NCBI GenBank assembly: GCA_002269645.1 | Contig: NIVC01002607.1 | Span: forward strand, 1-64,000 | Length of the DNA: 64,000 nucleotides | DNA from: Macrostomum lignano | Taxonomy: Eukaryota | Direction of reading: 5' to 3' | Part shown: piece after piece, positions 1 through 12,333 of the stretch | Numbering within the stretch: the first letter of the stretch is position 1 | Layout: every line of letters starts with the position of its first letter | The notes under the pieces: generated by a model | What the model saw: the letters and a program-made list of their open reading frames with translations, nothing else | Databases searched by the model: none | What the model was told of the DNA's origin: nothing | Translations under genes and position numbers: made by a program

Positions 1-480
1 CTCCAGTTAGTAGTCTAATAAAAACTCTGTTGTTCCATTGTTAAAACTTTGCTAAAATTTAAAAAAATAATTAAATGTGCTAAACTAGGCCTAGAGGATC
101 TCCTTATTTTTTATATAGAAAAAATATTTTGTTGTAGTAAATAATATATATATATTTATTATTTGTAAGTAGACTATATAAATATACACCTTACTCCGCC
201 AATATTACTGAAGGAATAAAAAACAAACTCTTACAAAAATTGTCAAAGTATATCCTAGCGTTATAGAATCTGTAAGATTAATATAGTAGACTTAAAGTTG
301 ATAATGGATTATAAAGCTTTTGGTATTGCTTTTAATGTCATTATTTAATTAAACTTTGTAACAAATTATAAAAAACAAAGCTTTAAAAAAACATCATTTT
401 TATATATTAAACTAGGCCTAAAAACATTTAAGCTTTGTCCTTGTATTAATAGTTAAATAAAACAACAACATGGATACAAA

Positions 481-2119
481 GGCTACAGGTCAAAAGGGCG
501 ACAGATCAAAAGGGCGACAGTTAAAAGGGCGATAGTCAAAAGGGCGACAGTCAAAAGGGCGACAGTTACAGTGTATTTATATTGAAAATACGAGTTCCAC
601 GTACATTAAAAGTATTTGTTAAAAGTAGTAAACATGTATCATACTTGTATTTGTTAAAATATGTTGTTAAAATTGTACAAGCAGTTAAAATGGGGTTGTA
701 TAAAAGCTGTACACGTATTGGACACACTATTAAATGTTAAAATGTGGTTCAGTGAGGTCCATTTATTTCACTAACCTCTACGGGGATCATTCACGCTTCA
801 TTGAATAGGAGCTTGATGAGCAGGTAGAATTAGATGTTTCCTCGCTAGGCTCTGTAGTGCTCTTCTCGTGCAATTTGAGGTGCTGACTGAAACAGTTTTT
901 GTTGCGCCTGAGTTTCAACACGCTGTTTCAACTTTCTTTCCTCTGCTGGTCTATGAAGTGGAGGATGGTTGTGGTGACTGTGGCCTTTGGTGAAGGTGTC
1001 ACCCTTTTGAACCACTGTGGCGCCACAGTGTGCTTTGCGCTGCGAGCATTGCCAGTATGTGTTGTTGCCACGAGTCCGTGACACACCAAAGCTGTATTGA
1101 TTATCCACAATTAATATATCTTTCTTCTTGTTTGAGCCATCACGAATCAATTCAAAATTTGCAATCTCCCGAGGAGCTGGATCTCGAATGCTTATGCTAG
1201 TGTCCGTTGGCACACCATCCTGACTGACATCATTTCCATCCACATCCTCGCTCACATCCTCACTCTGAGTGATATCCTCATCCTCAAAAATTACCTCTAC
1301 CGATGGTTGATTGGCATCCTGCTCAGGAGCATGATTGCTGACAGTGTCCTGTGGCTATTGCTGCAGGATACTACAGTTACTGCACCTCTAGTCAAAGTTG
1401 TCCAAATGCTGGAGAGTGCGATATTGCTTTTGTGTAATGCCACTGTTGCATGTTTGGTGTTGCCAACGATGGCAGCCATCACACTGCAAGCCTTGCTGAC
1501 GTTGGCGGACCTCATTTTCACATACTATGCATGAGTTATCCATTTTAAAGAAATCAATATGCAGCCTGCTTCCACCAGCTTTCTACAAGCATAACTATAT
1601 ATAGCTATATATGCACCCAACTAAACCAAATGGCTACATGTACACACTCAAGCTCAACGCAGCCCTTACCTATCCCCTTATACCCCCCAAAAAATGTACA
1701 TCATTAGATCAACAATAAATAGAATTTCACAGTCCTATTTTGGTGCCAACAAAAAACTTAAGACAGTAATTGTAAGAGAGCAGCTTTTTTAAATTTAGGT
1801 GTGGCAACCACACTCAGCACTTATATGGTATAGTGATTTCAGTGAATGAAATAAATAAACCCCACTGATCTATGTTTCAATGTACAATGTATGAGTGTAC
1901 ATTAAATATTAGAACCCCATTCTAACATACAAGTACAAATTGTTAGCACAAAAATTGTTATTGCTAAGATTCTAAGATTTTCTAAGAAACGAGGTTTCCC
2001 GTCCTTCCACTTAAGTAGTTCTTGGTCTAATACCCTGTCGCCCTTTTGACTGTCGCCCTTTTGATTGTCGCCCTTTTAATTGTCGCCCTTTTCATCTGTC
2101 GCCCTTTTGATCAGTTGCC
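481..2119 (-). mobile_element. Non-autonomous Mutator-like (MULE) DNA transposon, 1.64 kb
   Basis: TIRs GGCTACAGGTCAAAAGGGCGACAG (481) and reverse complement GGCAACTGATCAAAAGGGCGACAG (2119). Five CAAAAGGGCG(A/G)(C/T)A-type subrepeats at each end. TSD GATACAAA at 473-480 and 2120-2127 (extendable to 9 bp, GATACAAAG). Internal PHD+FLYWCH coding remnant, no DDE domain. Confidence 0.8.
845..1543 (-). pseudogene. PHD finger + FLYWCH zinc-finger ORF of the MULE, with two in-frame TAG stops
   Basis: ATG at 1543 reads MDNSCIVCENEVRQRQQGLQCDGCHRWQHQTCNSG...FD*RCSNC (C4HC3 PHD; stop at 1388-1390 where Trp is expected). A second TAG follows, then the frame continues into ORF 845-1255 containing YWQCSQRKAHCGATV...HSHHNHPP (FLYWCH). 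Confidence 0.8.
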
Positions 2120-3552
2120 GATACAAAGAATTCTATGCTTTAACGTTTAGGCTTAAATGGTTTTAGGTCAATTTTTGTTACAAAAAAACATTTATCTCAA
2201 CTCTGTTTTCTTTTTGCAGTATACATAATAGCAATGAGGCAAACAAGTTTGATAAAAATTTAAAGGGACATAATATGTATAATTTTCAGAAGACTTACCT
2301 GGCATATGGGGATTGATAAGGCCTAGACTCAGCAATTAATTTATAAGGGCCTATATCTAAGTCTTATGCATAAGTGCCATACTTAAACATTTGAAGACTA
2401 TCAAAAATATTTTGTGTTCAATATATTCTAATTAACTAAAAGGTACTTAAGTCCTTATATAATACATTTATGAATATTTTTTATAATTTAGTTTCTGTTA
2501 TATCATTGTAACATCAACTTCCTAGATACTAACCCCAGATCCCAAATTAGCTCCTTGCTTTTTTCCCCTATTGGAATAAATGTTGAAAACTTGCGGATGC
2601 CCACTTCAGAAAAAGAGTCAAATTATTTTACTGCACTTTAGGATTATTAGAAATCATTTTCTATCAAACTCAAAGTTTGCTAACTTTCTAAAACCATAAT
2701 TAATATTTTCCAAAATCAAAATTCAGAAAAACAAAGTTTAGTATGACCAAAACTCACTTTTTTATTCTTGATTTACTGCTTATGCAAAACAAAATACATG
2801 TATATGTAGCACAAATTAGTTTATTTTTAGCCACTCTTTTACATACTTCCAAAATGTTGACTTCCAAAATGTTTTTTTAAATCAAAATTCACTCTTAAAA
2901 ATTCCAAATTTTGAACATCTCTAAGCATTATACAAGAAATTATGAGTGTATAGGCCCCTTCTACAAAGGTATTAGGCCCTCTTCCATGTATATTTATTTG
3001 CTAGAGCAGTAGCCAGCAGGAAAGGGCAGCGCGCGCACAGGCGCTGTGCACCTGTGTGCACACTGCACTTTAGTAAAATTTTGAAAGTGCACTGGACGCT
3101 GTCCGCAGTTTTACAACTTTTTCCTATAGGGCTTTATGTTACATTTCATTTGAATTATAAATAATTTTATCATTATTTGGACTGTTGGTAGGCCTATTGT
3201 ATCAATTGTCAAACTTAAATAATCAACAAACATGGAGTCATTCTGTAGACTTCTGCAAGTTCCTTTATTAAGAATGAGGTAGAGATGTTGATATTTTATT
3301 TTATTTTTAATTCTTTTCTCTAATGCCTTCTTGTGTTTCTCCTGAATTTATACTTAGGCTGCCAAATAGGACAATGATTCTGATGCTTAAGACTAACCTA
3401 TATATTATTTTAAATTAAGTTTTAACTTTTGGTTTTGTAATAATACTTTAATAAAGTTTCTTAATTATTTCCTCATTTTTTTGTGTGACTACTATACACT
3501 GGTCACTTAATAGAACACAATAAATACATCTCAAGTCAATTAAAGTAGAAGC

Positions 3553-6500
3553 ATGGCTCGCAACTCTGAGAAGGCCATGACAGCTTTGGCGCGTTGGCGA
3601 AGTGTTTTTGTTGACAAGGCGCACGAGAAGGCTCGTCGACGGCCATATTTAGCCACAGAGTGCAACGATTTACAGGAAGCCATTCGCTGGCGTCGCGATA
3701 TTATCAAGGAGATCGCGTTCAAGGTTTGTTTATTTATTCACAGATTAGTAGGTAATTAGCTGAGATAAGAATTTACTATGGCATCTCAGCCACTCACTCT
3801 CGTTAAAGTACAATGAAATGTTGGATGAGAGTAGATCTCATATCAGATCTTACCATGAGATCTCACTATGAGTTCTACTCTCATCTCATCTCATCTCATC
3901 GTTTCATGGTGAAATCTCAATGATTAATCAGCGAAATATAATGAGAAATAGGGTGAGATCTAGTTAAAGTACTTGATAGGAGTAAGTATGAGATGTAGGG
4001 TGATAGTAGATCTCACCTGAGATATTTAGCATGATATCTCACTATGAGATTTACTCTCATCTTATCTAATCGTTTCTTGGTGAGATTTCAATGATAATCT
4101 GCCAAAATACAATGAAAAGTAGAGTGAGATCTAGTAAAAGTACAATGAGAGTAAGCATGAGACAAAAAGTGAGAGTAGATCTCACCTGAAATCTCACCAT
4201 GAGATGTCACTATGAGGTTTATTCTTATCTTATCTCATTGTTTCAGAGTAAGATTAGATCTCACCTGAGATTTCAGCATGATATCTCATTATGAGATTTA
4301 TTTTCATCTTATCTCATCGTTTCATGGTGAGATCTCGCCATGAGATAATAAGTTGGAATTGCTCTATAGTAACATGAGTAATAATTGTGCAGTAGCGGGG
4401 TTCGATTCCACAACTGCTGACTAATTACAACCACCCGCCCCACCCCCACAAACCTTCTGCCAGGTGGGCCAAATTCAAAACCCCGGCCTTGGCGAATTCA
4501 AGCTCCGAGATTTAAACGACGAAATCAATAAATTATTTCGCGAAAAATCCCATTGGGAAGATCGAATCAAGGAGCTGGGCGGGCCGGACTATCGCAAGGA
4601 CGCGCCCCGGATGCTGGAACGCGACGGCAAGGAGGCGCCGGGATGTCGGGGCTACCGCTACTTCGGCGCCACCAGGTTTCTGCCCGGAGTTCGGGAATTG
4701 TTCGAGGCCGATCCGACTCCGCCGCCTAGGAAAACTCGCGGCGAGTTGGCAAAATTTATTGACGTTGATTATTACGGCTACAGGGATGAGGAAGATGGTA
4801 TTGTGCTGGAACAGGAGGCTGCTAGGTGAGACTCTAATCTGAGAATCACTCTCTAATCTGATACTGAGGATCACTCTCTCTAATCTGAGAATAGAATCAC
4901 TCTCTAATCTGATACTGAGAATCACTCTCTAATCTGAGAATCACTCTCTAATCTGAGAATCACTCTCTCTAATCTGAGAATCACTCTCTAATCTGAGAAT
5001 CACTCTCTAATCTGAGAATCACTCTCTCTAATCTCAGAATCATTCCTTAATCTGAGAATCACTATCTAATCTGAGAATCACTCTCTCTAATCTCAGAATC
5101 ACTCTTTAATCTGAGAATCATTCTCTAATCTGAGAATCACTATCTAATCTGAGAATCACTCTCTCTAATCTCAGAATCACTCTCTCTAATCTGAGAATCA
5201 CTCTCTAATCTGAGAATCCAATATACTAAAAATGGTCTGTCGGTATGTGTGTGTGTGTATGTGTGTGTGTGTGATCGATTTTAGCAAAAACGGCTCTACC
5301 GATTTTCTTCGAACTTGCACTGTTCGATCAGAAATTTTCCCGTGACAGTACATGCATCGTGGCTAAGAAATTGCTTGATGCTAAAGGGATTAAATATTCG
5401 AAAAACATGCTTTTTTGCAAAGGTCAAGCAGCTCTTTCGACTTGAAATGCATCGTAAGAATGCTAGCAGAAAAACTGACTGGTTGAATTCTGATTCTGAA
5501 ATAGATTGCATCACAATACACTTTATTTATCGTCTGTGTACTGGCTAAATTTGACACTCAATTGAATTGCGTCACAGCTTTGAGTGTGAAAGCATAGCGC
5601 AGTACTGAATTTATATTACGTAACCATATTGTAAACTTTCATAGACACTGGTACTGACTTGCCTAAGAAATTGATTATGTCATAACTGCTTCGTGAGACT
5701 TTTTACTCTACCTGACTTGGTGTGAGTGTTGAATTATATAAGTGGTACAACATCACTGATAACTTCGATGAGAGCTAGCCTAGAGCTGAACAGACCAGAC
5801 TGCTAATGCAGCGACCTAGGTTCGAATCTAAGTAGTTTAAAAGTAGTAGTGTAAAATTTTTTATTAAAAGGTTTTATTAAAGGACTAAATAAAAACACTT
5901 AGATTACTGCACTCGATAAGCCAAGGATTATTGCTATTAATAAACCAAGGACTACTGCACTCGATAAACCAAGGACTATTGCTCTTGGCAAACCAAAGAT
6001 TACTGCACTTGATTAATCAAGGATTATTGCTATTAATAAACCAAGGATTACGGCACTTGGAAAACCAAGGATTACTGCACTCGATAAACCAAGGACTATT
6101 GCTCTTGGCAAACCAAGGATTACTGCACTCAAGAAGCCAAGAATTATTGCACTTGGAAAACCAAGGATTAATGCACTCGATAAACCAAGGACTATTGCTC
6201 TTGGCAAACCAAGGATTACTGCACTCAAGAAGCCAAGGATTATTGCACTTGGAAAACCAAGGATTAATGCACTCGATAAACCAAGGACTATTGCTCTTGG
6301 CAAACCAAAGATTACTGCACTTGATTAATCAAGGATTATTGCTATTAATAAACCAAGGATTACGGCACTTGAAAAACCAAGGATTACTGCACTCGATAAA
6401 CCAAGGACTATTGCTCTTGGCAAACCAAGGATTACTGCACTCAAGAAGCCAAGAATTATTGCACTTGGAAAACCAAGGATTAATGCACTCGATAAACCAA

Positions 6501-9500
6501 GGACTATTGCTCTTGGCAAACCAAGGATTACTGCACTCAAGAAGCCAAGGATTATTGCTATTAATAAACCAAGGATTACTGCACTTGGAAAACCAAGGAT
6601 TACTGCACTCGATAAACCAAGGACTATTGCTCTTGGCAAACCAAGGATTACTGCACTCAGGAAGCCAAGGATTATTGCACTTGGAAAACCAAGGATTACT
6701 GCACTCGATAAACCAAGGACTATTGCACTTGATAGGCCAAAGATTACTGCGCTTGATAAACCAAGGATTATTGCACTTGATAAACCAAGGATTATTGCAC
6801 TTGATAAGCCAAGGATTATTGCACTTGATATGCCAAAGATTACTGCGCTTGATAAACCAAGGATTATTGCACTTGATAAACCAAGGATTATTGCAGTTGA
6901 TAAGCCAAGGATTATTGCATCTGATAAACCAAGGATTATTGCAGTTGATAAGCCAAGGATTATTGCATCTGATAAACCAAGGATTATTGCACTTGATAAA
7001 CCAAGGATTATTGCACTTGATAAACCAAGGATTATTGCACTTGATAAACCAAGGATTATTGCTCTTGGCAAACCAAGGATTACTGCACTCGATAAGCCAA
7101 GGATTATTGCTCTTAATAAACCAAGGATTACTGCACTTGGAAAACTAAGGATTACTGCACTCGATAAACTAAGGATTATTGCTCTTGGCAAACCAAGGAT
7201 TATTGCACTTGATAGGCCAAGGATTACTGCACTTGATAAACCAAGGATTATTGCACTTGATAAACCAAGGATTATTGCACTTGATAAGCCAAGGATTATT
7301 GCACTTGATAGGCCAAGGATTACTGCGCTTGATAAACCAAGGACTATTGCACTTGATAAACCAAGGATTATTGCAGTTGATAAGCCAAGGATTACTGCGC
7401 TAGATAAACCAAGGATTATTGCACTTGATAAACCAAGGATTATTGCACTTAATAAACCAAGGATTATTGCACTTGATAGGCCAAGGATTACTGCACTTGA
7501 TAAACCAAGGATTATTGCACTTGATAAACCAAGGATTATTGCACTTGATAAGCCAAGGATTATTGCACTTGATAGGCCAAGGATTACTGCGCTTGATAAA
7601 CCAAGGACTATTGCACTTGATAAACCAAGGATTATTGCAGTTGATAAGCCAAGGATTATTGCACTTGATAAACCAAGGATTATTGCACTTGATAAACCAA
7701 GGATTATTGCACTTGATAGGCCAAGGATTACTGCACTTGATAAACCAAGGATTATTGCACTTGATAGGCCAAAGATTACTGCGCTTGATAAACCAAGGAT
7801 TATTGCAGTTGATAAGCCAAGGATTATTGCACTTGATAAACCAAGGATTATTTCACTTGATAAACCAAGGATTATTGCACTTGATAAACAAATATTGCAC
7901 TTGATAAACCAAGGATTATTGCACCTGATAAGCCAAGGATTACTGCGCTAGATAAACCAAGGATTATTGCACTTGATAAACCAAGGATTATTGCACTTAA
8001 TAAACCAAGGATTATTGCACTTGATAAACCAAGGATTATTGCACTTGATAAACAAAGGATTATTGCACTTGATAAACCAAGGATTATTGTACTTGATAAG
8101 CCAAAGATTACTGCACTTGATAAACCAAGGATTATTGCACTTGATAAACCAAGGATTATTGCACTTGATTAATCAAGGATTATTGCTATTAATAAACCAA
8201 GGATTATTGCACTAGCTGAGAAGCTGATTACTGCACTGTCTAAAAAAGAGATTATTGCGCTCGCTGAGACGTGGATTGTTGCACAACCTGAGAAAGCGAT
8301 TATTGCATTAGCGGAAGTAACATTTGCACTAGCTACTTGCTGTCTCGTGGATGCTTGCTCTCGAGGGGGGATACTTGCTATTTGGGAGAGGGGGTACTGG
8401 CTACATGCATGGGATTCTTTCTATCCAGGGATGCTTGCTATTCAAGGATTCTTGCTATCTGCAGGATGCTTGCTATTTAGGGATTCTTGCTATCTGCAGG
8501 ATGCTTGCTATCTGGGTGGATGCTTCTATAATATCTGGGGGGTGCTTGCTATCTGCAGGATGCTTCTATAATATCTGGGGGTGCTTGATATCTGCAGAAT
8601 GCTTGCTATCTGAGTGGATGCTTGCTATCTGGGTGGATGCTTCTATAATATCTGGGGGGTGCTTGCTAATCTGCAGATGCTTGCTATCTGTGGTGATTCT
8701 TGCTATGAGCATTAGAGGATGCTTGCTATCTGCGATTGTTCACTTTTGGAGGGGGTTGCTTGCTGTCTTGGGAATATTTTCTATTTAGTGAAACGATATT
8801 TTGTTGACTGTTTGTTAATTTTAGAGAAAAAGTGATTTTTTAATTTTGCAAACATCTTAGTCCGTGACAATTTTACACGAATAAGGTGATTTTTAAAATG
8901 TGAAGAAGGAATTAGTGTTTAAGAAAATGTGTTTTTTTATTGTTTTCCATGAACTATTTTTGCTCCTTTCTTATTGGGCGCCCCGAAGGGGGGCCGCACT
9001 AGATTGCTAGTCACTCTCTCTAATCTCAGAATCACTCTTTAATCTGAGAATCATTCTCTAATCTGAGAATCACTCTCTCTAATCTGAGAATCACTCTCTA
9101 ATCTGAGAATCACTCTCTCTAATCTCAGAATCACTCTCTCTAATCTCAGAATCACTCTTTAATCTGAGAATCATTCTCTAATCTGAGAATCACTTTCCAA
9201 TCTGATAATCACTATCTAATCTAAGAATCACTCTCTAATCTGAGAATCACTCTCTCTAATCTCAGAATCATTCTTTAATCTGAGAATCACTATCTAATCT
9301 GAGAATCACTCTCTAATCTGAGAATCACTCTCTCTAATCTAAGAATCACTCTTTAATCTGAGAATCATTCTCTAATCTGAGAATCACTATCTAATCTGAG
9401 AATCACTCTCTAATCTGAGAATCACTCTCTCTAATCTCAGAATCACTCTTTAATCTGAGAATCATTCTCTAATCTGAGAATCACTATCTAATCTGAGAAT

Positions 9501-10799
9501 CACTCTCTAATCTGAGAATCACTCTCTAATCTGAGAATCACTCTCTAATCTGAGAATCACTCTCTCTAATCTGAGAATCACTCTCTCTAATCTGAGAATC
9601 TCTCTCTCTAATCTGAGAATCACTCTCTAATCTGAGAATCACTCTCTCTAATCTCAGAATCACTCTCTCTAATCTCAGAATCATTCTTTAATCTGAGAAT
9701 CACTATCTAATCTGAGAATCACTCTCTAATCTGAGAATCACTCTCTCTAATCTAAGAATCACTCTTTAATCTGAGAATCATTCTCTAATCTGAGAATCAC
9801 TATCTAATCTGAGAATCACTCTCTAATCTGAGAATCACTTTCTAATCTGAGAATCACTCTCTCTAATCTCAGAATCATTCTTTAATCTGAGAATCATTCT
9901 CTAATCTGAGAATCACTATCTAATCTGAGAATCACTCTCTAATCTGAGAATCTCTCTCTCTAATCTGAGAATCACTCTCTAATCTAAGAATCACTCTCTC
10001 TAATCTCAGAATCACTCTTTAATCTGAGAATCATTTTCTAATCTGAGAATCACTATCTAATCTGAGAATCACTCTCTAATCTGAGAATCACTCTCTAATC
10101 TGAGAATCACTCTCTAATCTGAGAATCACTATCTAATCTGAGAATCACTATCTAATCTGAGAATCACTCTCTCTAATCTCAGAATCATTCTTTAATCTGA
10201 GAATCATTCTCTAATCTGAGAATCACTATCTAATCTGAGAATCACTCTCTCTAATCTCAGAATCATTCTTTAATCTGAGAATCATTCTCTAATCTGAAAA
10301 TTGCACTCCAACCTCCCGCAGAGAGGCTCAGCTCAAGCTCATTCTAGCCAAAGAGCGGCGCAGTCGCTTGGCCACCCTGGCAGCCGGCGAGCGACCATCG
10401 CGCGGAATTCTGGACGCCTCCGACGACGAACAAGAGGACCGGGACGCCTCCGACCCGGCCTCGTCTTCGATTTATCGGGTCGAATCGAATCCAGCCGATG
10501 ACGAGATTCTTGGCGGCGACAGTTCAACGGCTAAATCGGCTGTTGAATCGTCTGCGGCCGGGGCTGCTGGCGGCAGCTACACGGACAAGATGATAGCCAG
10601 TTACCGAGCCCACGTGCCCGTGCCCAGCCAGAAAGAGATCGAAGCGGCTCTGTTAGAACGAAAGAAGGCGATCTTATTGAACCAGTACATGACTGACGAT
10701 ATGATTGAACGGGCTAGAGAAACCGAAGCCATGCTAGGCGTGCAGACTGACGAAGCTGAACAAGATGAAGAGGAGAATGATGATGAGGCTAATAAATAA
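3553..10799 (+). CDS. ISY1: Pre-mRNA splicing factor ISY1; exons 3553-3723, 4464-4825, 10322-10799 (336 aa)
   Basis: MARNSEKAMTALARW..RRPYLATEC; GQIQNPGLGEFKLRDLNDEINKLFREKSHWE..LGGPDY; GYRYFGA; YYGYRDEEDG; HVPVPSQKEIEAALLERKK. All introns are GT-AG and the phases match (0, then 2). Total 1011 nt. Confidence 0.95.
3800..4345. repeat. Three tandem units (about 160-200 bp) rich in AGATCT palindromes, in ISY1 intron 1
   Basis: Units start at GT(T/A)AAAGTAC near 3802, 3963 and 4134. Recurring GAGTAGATCTCA...TGAGAT(T/C)TACTCTC inverted motifs. Confidence 0.65.
4829..5216. repeat. 18-20 bp minisatellite (AATCTGAGAATCACTCTCT), left part
   Basis: Tandem copies start immediately after the ISY1 intron 2 donor. 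Confidence 0.95.
5900..8215. repeat. 24-bp minisatellite (GATAAACCAAGGATTATTGCACTT) inside the Helitron
   Basis: Roughly 95 tandem copies; source of the spurious DKPRIIAL / LINQGLLH ORFs. Confidence 0.95.
8330..8730. repeat. Degenerate GATGCTTGCTATCT-type repeat inside the Helitron
   Basis: Repeated GATGCTTGCTATCTG / GATTCTTGCTAT motifs. Confidence 0.8.
9011..10298. repeat. 18-20 bp minisatellite (AATCTGAGAATCACTCTCT), right part
   Basis: Same unit as 4829-5216; ends about 23 bp before the ISY1 exon 3 acceptor. Confidence 0.95.
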
Positions 10800-10984
10800 T
10801 TAATTAGCTAAATTCACGATTTAATGTGTCGGCATTTTGTGTATGTTACGAACTGCTTGTATCAATCAGTGTTGTACAAATGAAAAATATACATGTAATA
10901 AGCAGTGCCATAATTAATCCCATGTAGGGTTACAAATTGTTTGTAACAAATTTTTTAGTTGATTTTTTATTTTTCTTTATCAAT

Positions 10985-11425
10985 ACGAGTACTTCGATTT
11001 AATCTGAAAGGTCGGGGATTCGATTCCCGATCCCACTGGAACAATTTGTATCCTTGAGCAAGACACTTACCCCTGCATTACTTCAGTTCACCCAGCTGTA
11101 AAATGGGTGCCAGCATTAGCTGGGGTTAAGTGTCAGCCGTTCGCAGCTTTCGGATTAGGGTCATTATTAGGGTCATATAATGATTGAAAAGCATATATAA
11201 GGATCATGCGATGACTGAATAGCATGATCTTAGGGTAATATAATGACTGAATAGCATGATCTTAGGGTAATATAATGACTGAATAGCATGATCTTAGGGT
11301 CATATAATGACTGAATAGCATGATCTTAGGGTCATGTGCTGATTGAATAGCATGAACTTGTGGTCATGTGATTGAATAGAATGATCTTAGGGCCCTCTAA
11401 TGACTGAATAGTTTAGAGCCTGTAG
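10985..11425 (+). mobile_element. tRNA-derived SINE (5'-truncated head, conserved central domain, tandem-repeat tail)
   Basis: B-box-like GGGATTCGATTCCC at 11015-11028. CCTTGAGCAAGACACTTACCC...CACCCAGCTGTAAAATGGG resembles CORE/V-type SINE domains. Tail of about 32-bp repeats (GACTGAATAGCATGATCTTAGGGTCATATAAT). The tail appears to continue at 12314-12336 and 46500-46560. Confidence 0.65.
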
Positions 11426-11427
11426 TA

Positions 11428-12313
11428 TACCTTTTCCACTCCAAGTCTGTCACAAGTAACTTCAAATCTGCCGTAGATAGCAGAAAGGCATACATTCAGC
11501 TCGCAAGCCGAGCGCCAACTTAATAGTCTATGGTTAAAGCTCAGATCAATTCTGTCAAAAGTAACTTCAAATCTGTCCACTGAACAGATAGGGAGTTGGA
11601 ACCAAAGCAGTAAAGACTAGAAAACTTATTTATAGACAGACCCAGATTTTAACAGTGAAACTTATTCGTCTATGGCAATCTTATATATAAATTCTGTCAC
11701 AAGTAACTTCAAATCTGTCAGAGATATATATGTTGACAGCAACGCGAGTTCACAACAATTTTTTCTTGCCTTACCCACCATGCCCTATGCAAGAATATGC
11801 TTAATAGACAGGCAGCGCCTGGTTAACAGCTACAACACTGGACGGGACTGGAGGAGACTGGCCATTGACCTCGGAATCAAAAGGACCACCGCAAACTTGA
11901 TCCTAAAGCATTCAGACTGAGCATTCTGATTCGCGAATTGCATGCCAGCATGCCTCATCTGACACATGACCACTGCCTACGATGGCACCTGCACACGTTG
12001 AGTTACGGACAGGCCTGCTTGGATCGTCGCGATATTTTTGTTTGAAATATCAATGCAACTGATTGACTGTAGCAGACATGTTAGCATAGTGAATTACAGA
12101 ATTTGTTGCTTTAATTTGAGAGCACTGTTCAAAATAAACCTTTGTTTCGTTATCTGTTCAGTGGACAGATTTGAAATTACTTTTGACAGAATTGATCTGA
12201 GCTTTAACCATAGACTATTAAGTTGGCGCTCGGCTTGCGAGCTGAATGTATGCCTTTCTGCTATCTACGGCAGATTTGAAGTTACTTGTGACAGACTTGG
12301 AGTGGAAAAGGTA
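11428..12313 (+). mobile_element. Internally deleted Tc1/mariner (IS630-like) element with 163-bp IR/DR-type TIRs
   Basis: TIRs 11428-11590 and 12151-12313 with one mismatch seen; TA on both flanks. Internal repeats CTGTCA(C/A)AAGTAACTTCAAATCTG at 11447, 11552 and 11694. HTH start MPYARICLIDRQRLVNSYNTGRDWRRLAIDLGIKRTTA (11780). C-terminal remnant HLTHDHCLRWHLHTLSYGQACLDRRDIFV* (11950-12045). DDE core missing. Confidence 0.8.
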
Positions 12314-12333
12314 TAGTATTGTCTTGGTTCTTA

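Larger units (their letters stand above)
5217..9010 (+). mobile_element. Non-autonomous Helitron (3.8 kb) inserted into the minisatellite
   Basis: 5' end TC (TCCAATATACTAAAA), followed by a (GT)n tract. 3' GC-rich hairpin GGCGCCCC-GAA-GGGGGGCC, then CTAG at 9007-9010. Inserted between A and T with no TSD; removing it restores the repeat unit CTGAGAA|TCACTCTC. No Rep/helicase ORF. Confidence 0.8.

Noticed and set aside
2294-2306. ACTTACCTGGCA matches the U1 snRNA 5' end
   Set aside because: The match stops after 12 nt and no U1 body or Sm site follows. It is equally a minus-strand CAG|GTAAGT donor, and I could not build a gene around it.
4398-4412. Isolated B-box-like GGTTCGATTCC (another at about 5819-5830)
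   Set aside because: No cloverleaf or A-box, so no tRNA call; possibly SINE remnants.
5931-8215. Long ORFs of up to 405 aa (LINQGLLH / DKPRIIAL repeats)
   Set aside because: They translate a 24-bp intronic minisatellite; several frames on both strands are open and there is no splice or domain context.
11423-12318. 5-bp TSD TAGTA (Transib-like) for the TIR element
   Set aside because: The transposase remnants and IR/DR ends are Tc1/mariner-type, which duplicate TA; the longer match is likely chance.
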